A DNA stretch of 64,000 bases. Source: Octopus sinensis. Lineage: Eukaryota. This document shows positions 33,012-45,899 of the stretch, piece after piece. Below the pieces are notes generated by a model. It was not told where the DNA came from and searched no databases. It was given only the letters and a program-made list of their open reading frames with translations. Each line of letters starts with the position of its first letter. The first letter of the stretch is position 1. Position numbers and translations under genes: made by a program. The stretch is from the NCBI RefSeq assembly GCF_006345805.1, contig NC_043012.1:41292001-41356000 (forward strand), read 5' to 3'.

Positions 33012-33387
33012 CACATGCGCACACATATATACATATATATAGCTCTCTTGTAGAAGAGGAATTTTTTTGCTCATTCGACTCTTTGGTGCTAAGTTTATGG
33101 TGTTAGCATTTAACAGTCGCAAATATATCGGCCAAAACCATGGATTACTGTTTAAAGTTATTCGTTTATTCCTCTTTGCTTTTAAAGCCTGCCTTTAGCC
33201 AAGATTTTTCTCTCAACAACTTTCATTCTTTAACCGAAAGGTAAGTCAAGCTAGAATTATTAGACAATTATCTATAATAATAATTTCCAAATAATCTTTG
33301 TGTTTTATTGTTGAGCCCCACGTCAATCGTTATTGAGTAGATATAAAAACTGATATATGTATATACATATATATATATATATATACA

Positions 33388-33612
33388 TACGAGGGGGGTG
33401 CTGAAAAGTACCTGGTTTTCGGGGTGTCGCGAAAGGCTTGGTAGGAGGCCCAAACTTCCGAGTTCTTTTAAAGGACATAAAACCGAAGGACCGCTGCAAT
33501 AACTGTACGAATTAGAATTAGAGAGGGGAATATGTTGAAAAAAATCATAATTAAGATCCTCCTGTATTTTGTTTTGCCCAACACCAGAGACTTTTCGGCA
33601 TCCCTTCCTATG
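33388..33612 (+). mobile_element. Mariner-derived non-autonomous element
   Basis: TA+CGAGGGGGGTGCTGAAAAGT terminal inverted repeat with degenerate mirror end; internal remnant of the transposase C-terminus (KxxDRC..RGEYVE). Confidence 0.75.
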
Positions 33613-34040
33613 TAATATATGTGTGTGAATATTCTGGCTGAGTGTATCGCGGATTTACATGTCATCATCTCTTTTCAAAATGTTAGTACCGTAATTCACG
33701 GCATTGAAGATACACTTATGTTTCAAAAAGTAATAAGCTGGGTCTGCGGGGGTTATAGAATTACTCCGACTGGGGTAATTATATTTCAGAATATAAGCTG
33801 CTGAAATTAGAATATATCTAATATGTCCGTGCGCTTTTTAAGCCATGAAATACGGTATATACTTTGAGGCTTAGCTCCTATTTCTAGCAGTTTGTGTGTC
33901 ACTCCTGTGAAGCTAGCTGGTTCATAGGGGCGAGGGAAAACTTGTAAAGGATTGGATAAAATAATTCAGTCCCTCCTTTCTTTCGAAACTGTTTTGACGA
34001 AAGACGTCCATTTCAGTGTACAGCAGGGGATTAGACTAAT

Positions 34041-34416
34041 AACAAGAGCGCTCAGAAAGAGCAAGCCTCCGCCAAGACAACACCAACGTCCTCTCAACGG
34101 TCAGCCAGAGAAGATTTTTAAAATGAGAATATCTAAAATAAACTCGACTGTTCTCCCAAGCAAGAATACTAAAAGTGAACCTGACCGCTCTCAAAAATTA
34201 AGTAAAAAAAAAAAAAACGGGAAAAAAGCAATCCAGAATCCTTGTCCGGTACCGGATCGATTCCAAAATCTAAACAGTTCATACCAATTACGAGGCAAAA
34301 CATCCCTGAAAGTTTCATCCGAATCCATCCGGCGGTTCTTGAGATATCTTATCTACGGACAAACAAACACACACGACTGAAAACAATACAACCGCCTTCG
34401 CGAAGGCGGAGGTAAT
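34041..34416 (+). mobile_element. Helentron-associated (HINE/DINE-like) non-autonomous element
   Basis: Starts AACAAGAGC; ends with GC hairpin CCGCCTTCGCGAAGGCGG followed by AGGTAAT. Confidence 0.55.
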
Positions 34417-34419
34417 AAT

Positions 34420-35100
34420 AATATTAATGGTTTCAAATTTTGTCACAAGGACAGCAAGTTTGGGAGAGGGGGATGAGTCGATAAAATTGATTCTAGTTTT
34501 CAACTGGTCTTTATTTATCGATCCCGAAAGGATGAAGGGGGAAGTCGACCTCGGCTGAATTTGAACTCAGATCGTAGCGTCTGGCGAAATATACCGAACA
34601 ACATTTCGTCCGGCTTGCTAAAGATTCTGCCAGCTCGCCGCCTTAATAATAATAATAATAATGATGATCATTATTATAATAATTATTATTATGATTATTA
34701 TTAGTGGTGGACTGGCAGAGTCGATAGCTCATTGGACAAAATGTTAGCAGCATTTCTTTCAGATTTACGTTCTAAGTTCAAATGGCGCCGAAGTCAGCTT
34801 TGCGTTTCATACTTTCCTGCTTGATGAAATAAGTACCAATTGTTCACTTAGGTCGATAAAATCGATTTGGCCCTTCCTTGAATTTACTGGTCTTGTGCCA
34901 AAGAAACGAAGTTTAATTAAGACAGAAAACAAATGCTCCGCAGCATTTCTTCCCTGCCTTTACGTTCCGAGTTCAAATGATGCTGAAGTCGACTTTGTCT
35001 TTCATATCTTCGGGGTCGATATAATAAGTACCAATTGAGCACTCTTGTAATCAAATAACCACCTCCCTTTAAAATTGCTGCCTCTGTGCCAAAATTTGAA
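34420..35100. mobile_element. Three SINE-A copies (minus 34420-34645; plus 34705-34910; plus about 34930-35100)
   Basis: Family-A motifs; the first two are head-to-head across an (AAT)/(ATT) spacer. Confidence 0.8.
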
Positions 35101-36279
35101 CGATGGCAGAGCAAGAACTCTTATAGGAGCGGGCAAAATATCTAGTCGTATTTACTTTTGGCCCTTTGCGATTTGAATTAAAATCGCAACCCATCGGTTA
35201 ACTGATGGCAGATATCGAATGAACTCTCTTAACATGCTTGTTTGCGTGTCTCTTTAGTTTTTACATTCCAATCCAAGCAGGTTTAGTTTTCCTTTAAACT
35301 GGAACTCCAAACTCCGATCCAAGTAAGGATCCATAGGAAATTGATCAATTGTGCACCAAACAACAGCGTCTTAAATTTAGTAAGCATTTCATAAACTAGT
35401 TCATTGAAAATTTATATAGATAGTCACAACTGGAACGCTTTATTACGGTAAATTTTTACTACGACACTTGTTTCCCGAATCAGATCGACAAACTTTCGGA
35501 ATAGCTCTCGCTTACCTCATGAAGAGCGGAAATAGCTACAAATTTTGTGGATATTTCCTTTTGTGAAAAGCTTTTCGTTCCAGTTTTTGCGTCGCTCAGC
35601 CACAATTCTGCGCCCTTTCACTGCAAAGATTTTATTACCCTTACTTTTTAGAAATTTAAAACGCCAAGGGCTTGAAAACTCTTGATCTTGAGCATGTGCG
35701 ATCAGAGACGACTTAGGAGTTAGTTGCAATTTTTAACTGTGATAAATTTTAAAATGACTATTAGTCATAATAAAAAATTAAAAATGGTAAATCAGAATTC
35801 CTACAAATATTAGTGCCAGATTTAACTGTAGACGCTTCAAACTGTTTTTACGTATGTAATACTACCTTTCTCTTTTATCAATTAGAAAATTAAAATCCTG
35901 CTGGAAGCGCGTTCGTCTTTCTATGGTTTTAAGATCGATGAAAATAATGAGAAACAGCTACCAGTGATGTCATCGATTGAATAAGTTGTATCTCTTCCAC
36001 TCCACCCACATTAAACATCCATCTTTGGGCCAAATTTAGGAATCAATAGATACATTTTCACATATATTTTATTTTATTTGTTAATTAAGAACACAAGAAG
36101 ATGAAATGAAGTATTTTGAAATTGCAAAGTTATTCTGGATCAAATTATTTGACAGCAGTAGAAAGGTTTGCTTTCTTCAACTCGTGTGTAGAGAACTGCT
36201 TTCTCTATACATTCTCGTTGGAATCGAGACCTGAACTGTGAAAAAGGAATCTTCAAGGTCCCGTTTATATTACACTCAC

Positions 36280-36435
36280 CGGCCCCTTTTATGACGTGAG
36301 CACAAGACCAACGAGGATATTTATGGACACGTTCCACCCATCGGTACACTTTTTGTTCAATACGAAGACAGCTCTGCGAGTTACTTCTATCGAGCTGAAC
36401 ACTAGGCCATACAGGATGATAGATTTTGGAGACTT
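36280..36435 (-). other. Candidate 156-nt minus-strand exon (5' UTR exon of the Kazal-mucin gene, or coding xVSKIYHPVWP...CAHVIKGA of unknown function)
   Basis: Acceptor ttttgtgttgtgtgtgcag, donor CCG|gtgagt, open phase 1-1 frame in non-repetitive sequence. Confidence 0.35.
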
Positions 36436-36892
36436 CTGCACACACAACACAAAACCCACTCAGCTCTGTTGATATTATTGGCAGAAATACAAGTGAAATT
36501 AATGATCGTCTGAAGATAATGCAGGGGAGATATTCGCGTCGCAACCTTATGAGACGCAATTCTGTTGCAGCCGATAAACAAAGAGAATTTTATTAACGGA
36601 ATAATTTAAGTTGGTGATTGACAGAATCGTTGATATTGGACAAATTGTTTTGAAGTATTCAGTTACAGTTCCTCAGACTCTGGGCTTAAATTCCATGGGA
36701 GGTCGATTTACATTTTATCCTGCCGGGGGTTGACGAAATAAGGTATCTGTCGCATATTAGTCGTTACAACCGACTGTTCCTTCTCCTTCATATAAATAAG
36801 TAAACAAATAATAGGCATTTGGGTCAGTTATGATTTATTAATTTGGTAATCGATTGAGCATCAGATTAATTATATACGATCTGAGTTCGAAA

Positions 36893-37111
36893 GGCGGCGA
36901 GCTGGCAGAAACGTTAGCACGCCGGGCGAAATACGTAGCCGTTACGTTCTGAGTTCAAATTCCGCCGAGGTCGACTTTGCCTTTCATCCTTTCGGGGTCG
37001 ATAAATTAAGTACCAATTACGCACTGGGGTCTATGTAATCCACTTAATCTGTTTATCTGTCCTTGTTTGTTCCCTCTGTGTTTAACCCCTTGTGGGTAGT
37101 AAAGAAATATA
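36893..37111 (+). mobile_element. Young full-length SINE-A with 21-bp target site duplication
   Basis: GGCGGCGAGCTGGCAGAAACG head, B box, gtcgactttgcctttcatcctttcggggtcgat core; TSD tatatacgatctgagttcgaa at 36871 and 37112. Confidence 0.9.
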
Positions 37112-37805
37112 TATATACGATCTGAGTTCGAATCATGCCTGATTCTACTTTACATACCATCACTTATGAGTCGATTTATAACGCTAAGTCCTGCGTTCGA
37201 TATAATTGACAGGCATCTCCCTTTGTGGTTATGTTGCGAATGATTATTTTTTTAATTATTATATCCATACCTATCTCCAAAATGATGGAGAAGGTGGTGA
37301 TTTAATTAACTTCATATTCTTTTCTTTAAATATGTCGCCTTTTATAATTGCCACACACACGCTTGCGTGCAAATCAAATATATTTGTCAGTTTGACGCAT
37401 AGCCGACCACACTGAGTTAATTGTGAAGCTGAGACATTCAAAGTCTAAACTAGCTCTCCTTGATCATTACACACCACATTACTTGTTTGTATTTCAATAA
37501 ATGTGTGTGAAAGAGAGAGAGAATCTTAATTGGAAAGCGTGTATAGCAGTGTTATGGAGTAAAGTGTAAGCTGCCACAGTGGCGACTACAGGACTCGTAT
37601 TTGCCATTTGACTTTGTTGCCAAGTTACTTAAATTACAGGAAAAGAATCTTGGAGGGAGACAGCATGTCACGCTCACACACATTCCTTCTAGCAGTAAAT
37701 TACAACAGGGAAAGAAACCCTTAGTTTGACACGTACTTGTCAGCGTTGTTGTTGTCGTTGCTAAGTTTCTCCAAGTAGGGTGGACAATTTCTATGATCGT
37801 TGCAG

Positions 37806-37895
37806 ACCTTCTTGCAATGTCGGAGAGTCCTAAAGGGCCGAGAGTTCCATGGCGTCGTGTTCACCCTTCTTCCGTCACCGCAAATATCGTAATTG
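37806..37895 (+). CDS. Receptor exon: [30 protein letters not shown]
   Basis: Acceptor gttgcag, donor TTG|gtttgt; the only frame compatible with the next exon; DLxxL-like start. Confidence 0.55.
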
Positions 37896-39396
37896 GTTTG
37901 TTGTAAACCTCTACTTCATGACGTTACTGGTCACCAAAACAGGATATAAACTGTGTCCACATTATTCCAATACGATCTGTCTGTCTCTCTCTCTCTCTCT
38001 CTCAATATTTGATGTTTTCTATTGTTTTGTTTCATTTATGCGTTGTAGGTTATGGTTATACAATAACGAAATCGCGTGTCCCACTAACACGACGACTGGC
38101 AATTTCCTGCTTGCCCATCCGGATTATTCGAAATCTACAGAACCACATCTGAACGACAGCATCACAGGTTAGTCATTTCTCTGTAAGAATCGTTGTATCT
38201 CTTTGACACGCTCTATTATGCTCTCTCTCACCGCTACTCTCTCTCTCTCTCTCTCTCTCTTACTGACCAAATTTATAATATATTTCTTTACTAATAATAT
38301 ATTTCTTTACGCCCAGATTTATAATATATCAGTCAGACATATATTACAGTATAGCTGCTGCTACGTGCGTGCCTATTTATGTATGTTTATATACAATGTG
38401 TGCGTATATAATTATATATTGTATGTGTGTGTTTGCAAAGTTTCGTAGCCTAGTGGTTGGATTATAGGCCGCACAATTTTTAATTCATAGTCTGCTACCT
38501 GGAACGGTGGCGGGTTGTTTTTGTGCACCGACTCTGGTGAATTATTATTATTATTATTGTTATTATTGCTGTTGTTGTTGTTATTTTTATTATCAATGTT
38601 GTTGTTGTTATTATTATCAATGTTGTTATTGTTATTATTATTATTATCAATATTGTTATTATTATTATCCTTATTAATAATAATAATAATCATGCATATA
38701 AGTAAACTGTTTGCAATAGTAAATTGGTGGAATGATAGAGAGAGCAGAAAGTTAGACAAAATGCATATAAGTTTCTATGTTCTGGTTTCAATCCCCAGCG
38801 AGGTATACTTTTTCTTCTATCGTTTTTATGGTTGATTCCAGATGTATACTGGGTGCCATTTAATTGACTACACCCATTCCTTAAATTCAATGCATTATGT
38901 CAGATCTTAAAAAAAAAAGAAACGGTAGTAATAATACTATCAGTTGCATTCTTTTCTCATTCCCAGTTGCCACCATATGGGTGAGGCTGCCACAGGGCGA
39001 CGTGTTGTTCAGAGACAACATCCCAACATCGTTCCAACTGAATTTCCTGTGTAATCCTTCGGTGAAGTCGCCTTTTGATAAATGTCCGGTTGGTAACTGC
39101 TTCGTGTTGTCGACTACAGACGACCAGCGCGAAGGAGACGACAGCATAGCATTCGTGAGTATTGTAGGAAGCACACACGTTATACGTACACACACCGAGA
39201 CTCAGAACTCACTCACCAACACACACACACACACACACATTACGAAACTCACAACTTACCCACTCAGCGATCCACACACAAGCACAACCACGCACTCACA
39301 CACAAAAACGCACATACAAACACATGCACATACAAACACATGCACAAACACACATGCACAAAAGAACACAAACACACACGCACGCACATGCACACT

Positions 39397-39430
<34 letters not shown>

Positions 39431-41762
39431 ACACTCTCGCACACACAAACAAAACCCGCACTACACCCGTACACAAACACATTCCCCAAGCCTAACTACC
39501 TCCCCAAGCCACACTCCCTCCCCAAGCCACACTCCCTCCCCAAGCCACACTCCCTCCCCAACCATTTAAACATCCTCTTCTCTGTCGCCATTAACCCATT
39601 ATAAATATTTTGATCTCTTAACCTTATTTACTAACTTTCCATAAATATTTATAAACGTTGTTTCTGAAACATATATCAATGACTCTTTCCATATAAAAAC
39701 TTTATTTTTAATCTCGTATAAATGGCTCCGTATATAAATATTTCGATTTATGTAAACATTTCCATATGCATAACCTTTGTATATTAACAATGTGTGTTTT
39801 GTTTCTGTCTAAACTTTCATTTGTAGAAACCACGTGTCGATGTGCTGGAAGTCGAGGTAATATTTTCTTACTAAATTTAAATCATATATTTGTCTGTTAG
39901 TTCATATTTTGTATTTTTATATCGATTTTATTCTCGAAAACAAAACCTCTGACTATCCAATGTGACTGAAAAATTACAGAATTTTCTATTTAACTAACAT
40001 AAATAAGAAAAGCAACATATATTCTGTATATTGTGAAGGTTTGTATGTTTGAAGGTTTGATAAAAATTGCGTTAAATAATGAATAATGTCCATATATAGT
40101 CAAAATCAGCTGTAGACATTTTGTAACGACCCAAATGTCACTAAGCTGTGTTGTCGAAAGTTGCTTAAAAATAGGATATTTAATATTTTGGGTGCAACAT
40201 CTTGCAACGCACCTTGTGACGTTTCGCTGTCGCAGTGTGCTTTTAAGCATGTGGAATTTTACTTCAGATAATTTTAACATGTCTTCCTTTTAGATATCAG
40301 AAAATAAAATTTCTCTCGAAGACGTCTAGAGTTTCCTTGGGTGTGACTATGGTAATGGTACTAACCACTTAACTAATTTGGCATTGCTGGAAAAAATGAA
40401 TAAAATAGAAACACATTAATGCTTGCTTTGGTGTTACATTAAAACGATTTTACATTCAGTCGAAGGATCACTCAATACCTTTTGTAGAGTACAGATTTAT
40501 TTATCTTTAACAAGAATAGTATTGACAGTAACTTCGGAGTTTCAGCTTGCTACACTGTCATTGGACGATCCAATAATCGCTCGGCGAGCCGAAAGTTTGA
40601 AGTCACTGTCAAAGCTATTCTTACTAAATTATATAATATATAAAGATGCAGGCGCGGCTGTGCGGTAAGAAGCTTGCTTCTTATTCACATGGTTCCGGGT
40701 TCACTCCCACTGCGTGGCACCTTGAGCAAGTGTTTTCTACTAAGTCTTCGTGTTGACCAAATGTGTGTGTGTTTTTGAGTCTCTTTGTCCCCTCGCTATC
40801 GCTTGACAACCGATGCTGATGTGTTTACGTCACCGTAACTCAGAAGTTCAGCAAAAGGAACCGATAGAATAAATACTATGCTTACAAATAATGTCTTGGG
40901 GTCGATTTTTTTCGACTAAAATCGTTTAAAGTAGCGCTCTAGCATGGCCGCAGTCAAATGGCTGAACAATGTAAAAGAATAAAAGCCCATGTAGGATAGA
41001 AATACTTAATTAGCTCTGTTATTTAAAACTTACCACCGTTTTTGTTTGAGTCTTTGGTTATAAATATATTCTGTTATAGAATGTACATTGTAACTTAAGT
41101 ACCATATGTATTTAGATAATTATGTAACCACCATGTAATATACATTGAGTGAAATACCGTGAATATACGAATGTTTTCAGATGTGCGCTTGTACAGAAAC
41201 GTCGCAAGGAGAAATATGTAACATAAGAATGAGTTGATTTGAGTGGTGGGATAATACCAAGGGAAACAACTTAATTTTCAAATGTTACAAACTGTCCGCT
41301 AGAGTGATTGTATACCAACATGCATCTGCTCGACGCTTTATATGTATTGCAAATTCCTGCTCAAAATATATTGTCAGATGATTTCTTAAACTAAACATGA
41401 ATATCTATTACAATTTATATTCTATAACGGAATACATTGCCATATATATTCCCATAAACACCTCACGAATGAACAATTGAAAGTAGACTACAATCCATTT
41501 GGTTGGAGGAATGATCGCCAAATAACAAACACGTGAACTGAACTGATTGAATGTTAAAACTCTCATTTAGAAGCAATTCTAAATGTGTTTTCTTTTCAGT
41601 CTGTCTTCAAATATCTGATGCGAATTTGTTCTTTATCTTTGAAACTCTAATTAATAGGGAGTTGAATCATTGTTATTAAACAACGCACGCACACATAAAC
41701 ACATTACTAATTACATGAAGGCGCATTGCTGAGTGCGTCGGACTCTCAAAATATATACATAC

Positions 41763-41804
<42 letters not shown>

Positions 41805-41821
41805 CGAATGATATCTTTACC

Positions 41822-41889
<68 letters not shown>

Positions 41890-41906
41890 CGAATGAGATC
41901 TTTACC

Positions 41907-41985
<79 letters not shown>

Positions 41986-42018
41986 ATATATATATGTACA
42001 CCGAATGATATCTTTACC

Positions 42019-42073
<55 letters not shown>

Positions 42074-45000
42074 CGAATGAGATCTTTACTCTGATATGTA
42101 TACACACACACACACACAAATATTGTATCATATCGCATTATTCAGTTTACGCTTTGTTGTCCATAAATATTTTCTTATATTTCTTTTGTAGAATGTAATC
42201 AACGTGACATCTTCTGATGCTTGTAGTAGTTCAAAGCAACTAATTCTGGGAATCGTTCCTCAGCAGTGTCTGACCCTTCCGCCACATGATTCAACTACCC
42301 CTTCCAGCGGATCTCTCGTAGTTTTTATCATATCTGTGTAAGAGAACTCATAAATCTTATTCCGTATGTTTGCCCGCTTCACTTCAATATACCTGAGTAT
42401 ATTGTAATGCAGAAATAGCTGGCGTTGAGAAATTATTCGAGCCGTGTTCTAATCGCCATCATGTTCGATTGATCTGTTGTTCTTTTTTGCGGGATTGAGA
42501 AAATAGTAGATCGGTCATTTCCAGATCGATGTATTGGCCCCTCAAGTTATGGAGCCTTGTCTCGAATTCAGAAATTAAAAATTTTGATATGCAGTAAAAT
42601 AGTAGTTGCCGAGAAAATATGTTAGACCTGAGTCAGTAAATAATAAGTACAAAATGTTTCTTTGGGGTAGGGATAGGGAAGAGGTTTCGTTTTCGGTAAG
42701 GGTTTTAGGCATAGATGAAATGTCTACTTTTGTTTTAGTAAATTAAAATTTAGTTTCTTTTCAAAAATAAACTTAAAAGTGGTGTCTAACCGAGATACTT
42801 ATTAAGCTTTAACATCCAACGGTGGTGCCCCAGCATGGCCGCAGCTTTCGGACTGAAACATTTTTAAGGATTTAAAGATCTACTTCTAAGAATAGTCATT
42901 TTCTTGGATTGTCTGAATTTTAAAGCAAGGTATACTTTGGTAGGTGACTCAAATAGTCCAGTCTCTGATACTGGACTGTGTGACCACGGAATGTGAGTTC
43001 AGGCATGGCTGTATACTTGAGTCTGTTTTGCCTTTACAGGAATTTACGGTTCAATTCCACTGTAGAGCACTTTGGGTATACCAAAACCTTGAGAATTAAA
43101 TGTTCTCGAAAAACTACGTGGACTCAGTCTGAAGGACTTTTCTTATTTTGGTGTGGTTGACTTGAATCTGGCACTTGATAAATCTCCACCAACACCATCG
43201 TCGCAGCCACTTGACAGGAGTCCATACGGTTGCCCTATCGGACGAATGATGATGATAATCATTTCTACTGGAATCTGAAGGCCTCAAATTTGGTGGCAGG
43301 GATTAAGTCGATTACACCGACCCCAGTACTCGACTGGTACTTATTTAATCGACCCCGAAAGGATTAAAGGCCAAGTCGACCTCGGCGGAATTTGAACTCA
43401 GAACGTAGCGTCGGGCGAAATAACGCTAAGCATTTCGTCTAACGATTCTGCCAGCTCACCACCTTTAAATAATAATAATAATAATAATGATAATGAGGGT
43501 TTTTAGTTTTGGCACAAGGTCAGAAAATTCGGGGAAGGCGTGGTTAGTCAATAACATCGACTCCATTCCTAGGATTCAACTGGTACTTAGTTTATCGACC
43601 CCAAAAGTAGGAAAGGCAAAGTCGACCGCAGCAGCATTTCAACTCAGAACTTGAAGGCGGACGAAAATGCCGCTAAACATTTTCTCCGTTCTGCTAACAA
43701 TTCTGCCAGGTCACCGCCTTGCTGCTGCTGCTGCTGCCGCCGATGATGATATGTACTTGGTCACCCGACCTGCTATTATCAATGACCAAATCGATTTCAA
43801 ATAACACCCACCCGTTTTATATAACGTGATCGCTACCCCGAATAAATAAGGACTAGTTTAATAGTCTAGAAAAAAATAAGACATAAAAATCCCAGAAATT
43901 TCCTAAATATATTCGATCAGAGCTGGCCAAGGTCTGAACAACAATTTTCAGTCGACGGGTCAATAAAGGAAGATGTACATGGTCAACCGACCTCCTAGAA
44001 ATAACGGGGGAATCTCCTTCAAAGTAAACCCCACAATCGTTGTAAACAAGTAGATATTGAATAATCTAAGATGTTACACATCCTCCATGTTATATAAGAC
44101 TACTTGATATAATTTCAGGTCGATTTGGCTGCTTTTACCAGCAGATCAAACGACCAACTCGATCTGTTATTGTTTATATATATGGTGATGATTGTGATGA
44201 TATTTCATGGATACGATGATTTCTTTCTTTACCTTCTTTCTTTCAACCTACAGACTATTAACCATTGTAATACTTTACTTCGTGTGTGGAACTTGCTGTA
44301 ATTATATTTCGGGTTTACGTGGTTCTGATTCGATCCCACATATCAACTGTCTTACTCAATTAGGCGTAAGTAAATTATTTTTGCTTTCTTGCTTTTTTAA
44401 TTTGTGTAAATCACCCCACCTCTATATCCATTGTTTCAGTAAGTCATTCAGAGGTCTTTGTAAAAAGTACGATATTATTTTTTTGAAATGGTTCATCTTG
44501 AAGAAAATAAGCCAACATCGACTGAGTGTAAGTAATGCATTGTCGGGATCTTTGGCGAAAATATAATACAATGAAAGAAATTATTTCATTGCGGTTCTTT
44601 TGCATGTTGAGTTCAAATTCAATCAAGTCAACTTGGCCTTTCACTGTTTCGATAAAGCAGAGTGCAAGTTTTTATGTTTGTTCTACACACACATAATTTT
44701 ATAGACATATTAAGACTGTTTCTGAAAAATATCTACACTCATTAGCACACCAGAAGAAATTATATAACGTAGGTTCCATATATTATATGATACTGTGATA
44801 CTAGTGGTGTGAGATCTCCGTTGACAGGCCCTTGATAATATTTAAGTTTGAACACGTCGATTATGCAAGTTGCTACCTTCAGTTCTCTGTTGCTATGGAA
44901 TTTTGGGGGTATATAAAGAGTGGCTACTTGGCCCTCTGGAATTGGTTAAACCTATGATGTGAGCCCAATAAAGTTGGAAGACTCAATTAAGGCTGTTCAT

Positions 45001-45899
45001 CATTTTTCATTCTACGGAAAAATAAATTTGCCGTGTTTATATGCATACTCCATGAGTTTATTATATATATACATAATCCTTTTTACTAACGGTAAAAGGA
45101 CTGAAATTTGGGGGCAGGGTACTAGTGCTACTTAATTTAACGCAAAATCAACCTCGCCGGAATTTGAACTCAGAACGTAGCGACGTGCGAAATACAACTA
45201 ATAATTTTGTCCGATGTGCTAACGATTCAGACAGTTTACCGCCTTAATAATAGTAATAATAAAAATAAATCGAGTGATCTACCCGATGTCCTTCGATACT
45301 ACGGACTGCACTGTAATCATGTCAGGAATACGGTCTATGACCTTAAGCATGTGTGGAATGCACGTAGCGACGCATTTATACTCTCCATTCAAAGATTATT
45401 GTTATTATTATATTTACCCTACATTATATCGGCACAGCTCAGTACAATTTCAAAACTGGTACTGCCAGGTGGTATCATTTGTCTGTGACCAGGATAATAG
45501 CATAGGAGAATTTATATGCATATTCAAAACGTTCCTGTAGATGAACGTAAATGATATAACACACACATACGAGTGTTCTGAAAAGTTCCCGATTTTAAAG
45601 GCATCGCGAAAGGCCTAGAGGCTGAAAGTGCCGTGTTCTTTTACAGAGCTTAGAAAAACTGAAGGACCGCTGCAAAAAGTGCGGGAATCGGAGAATGTTT
45701 AATGAAATCGTAATTAACTGATCCTTCTTTGTTTTCTTTTACCCAAAGCCAGTAATTTTCCTGCCCCCTTCTCATGTGTGCATGCGTGAAGTCTATTCAA
45801 TTAATTTTCTAATTCTTTCTTTTACAGCGTTGTTTTCAAGACATATGGTATAAAATAAAATGCCGTGACCGCTATCGAGGCCCATATCAAGAAATATGA
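37806..45899 (+). CDS. M6PR/ATG27-like type I membrane protein, 5'-partial; join(37806-37895, 38967-39154, 42192-42337, 44254-44365, 45828-45899)
   Basis: Five exons in consistent phases (1,1,0,2,0). Protein shows F-L-C and TSSDAC motifs reminiscent of an MRH domain, [24 protein letters not shown] transmembrane helix, [10 protein letters not shown] (cf. GAxGxEQxPH of CD-MPR tails) and C-terminal YQEI. Confidence 0.8.
38967..39154 (+). CDS. Receptor exon: [11 protein letters not shown]...QLNFLCNP...DDSIAF
   Basis: Acceptor ttcttttctcattcccag, donor TTC|gtgagt, single open frame. Confidence 0.85.
39484..39560. repeat. 18-bp minisatellite (ccccaagccacactccct) x about 4
   Basis: Direct tandem repeats. 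Confidence 0.85.
40648..40985 (+). mobile_element. SINE-B copy in a receptor-gene intron
   Basis: gcaggcgcggctgtgcggtaagaagc head; family-B tail. Confidence 0.8.
41802..42094. repeat. Compound minisatellite: 4 x caccgaatga(t/g)atctttac(c/t)ctga separated by (TA)n/(CA)n
   Basis: Units start at 41802, 41887, 41999 and 42071. Confidence 0.9.
42192..42337 (+). CDS. Receptor exon: [11 protein letters not shown]...[14 protein letters not shown]
   Basis: Acceptor tatttcttttgtag, donor GT|gtaaga, phase 0 to 2. Confidence 0.85.
43265..43722 (-). mobile_element. Two tandem SINE-A copies separated by (AAT)n
   Basis: Reverse family-A motifs. Confidence 0.8.
44254..44365 (+). CDS. Receptor exon: transmembrane end and cytosolic tail [37 protein letters not shown]
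   Basis: Long polypyrimidine acceptor ...caacctacag, donor GGC|gtaagt, phase 2 to 0. Confidence 0.88.
45567..45777 (+). mobile_element. Mariner-derived non-autonomous element copy in the last intron of the receptor gene
   Basis: TACGAG..CTGAAAAGTTCCC end; ttagaaaaactgaaggaccgctgc transposase remnant. Confidence 0.7.
45828..45899 (+). CDS. Receptor terminal exon [23 protein letters not shown]
   Basis: Acceptor ttctttcttttacag, stop TGA at 45897-45899, AATAAA hexamers about 170-220 nt downstream. Confidence 0.85.
   Translation, partial: RCFQDIWYKIKCRDRYRGPYQEI

Noticed and set aside
38957-39195. Minus-strand ORFs over the 39-kb exon
   Set aside because: The plus strand has much stronger splice sites and joins in phase with flanking exons
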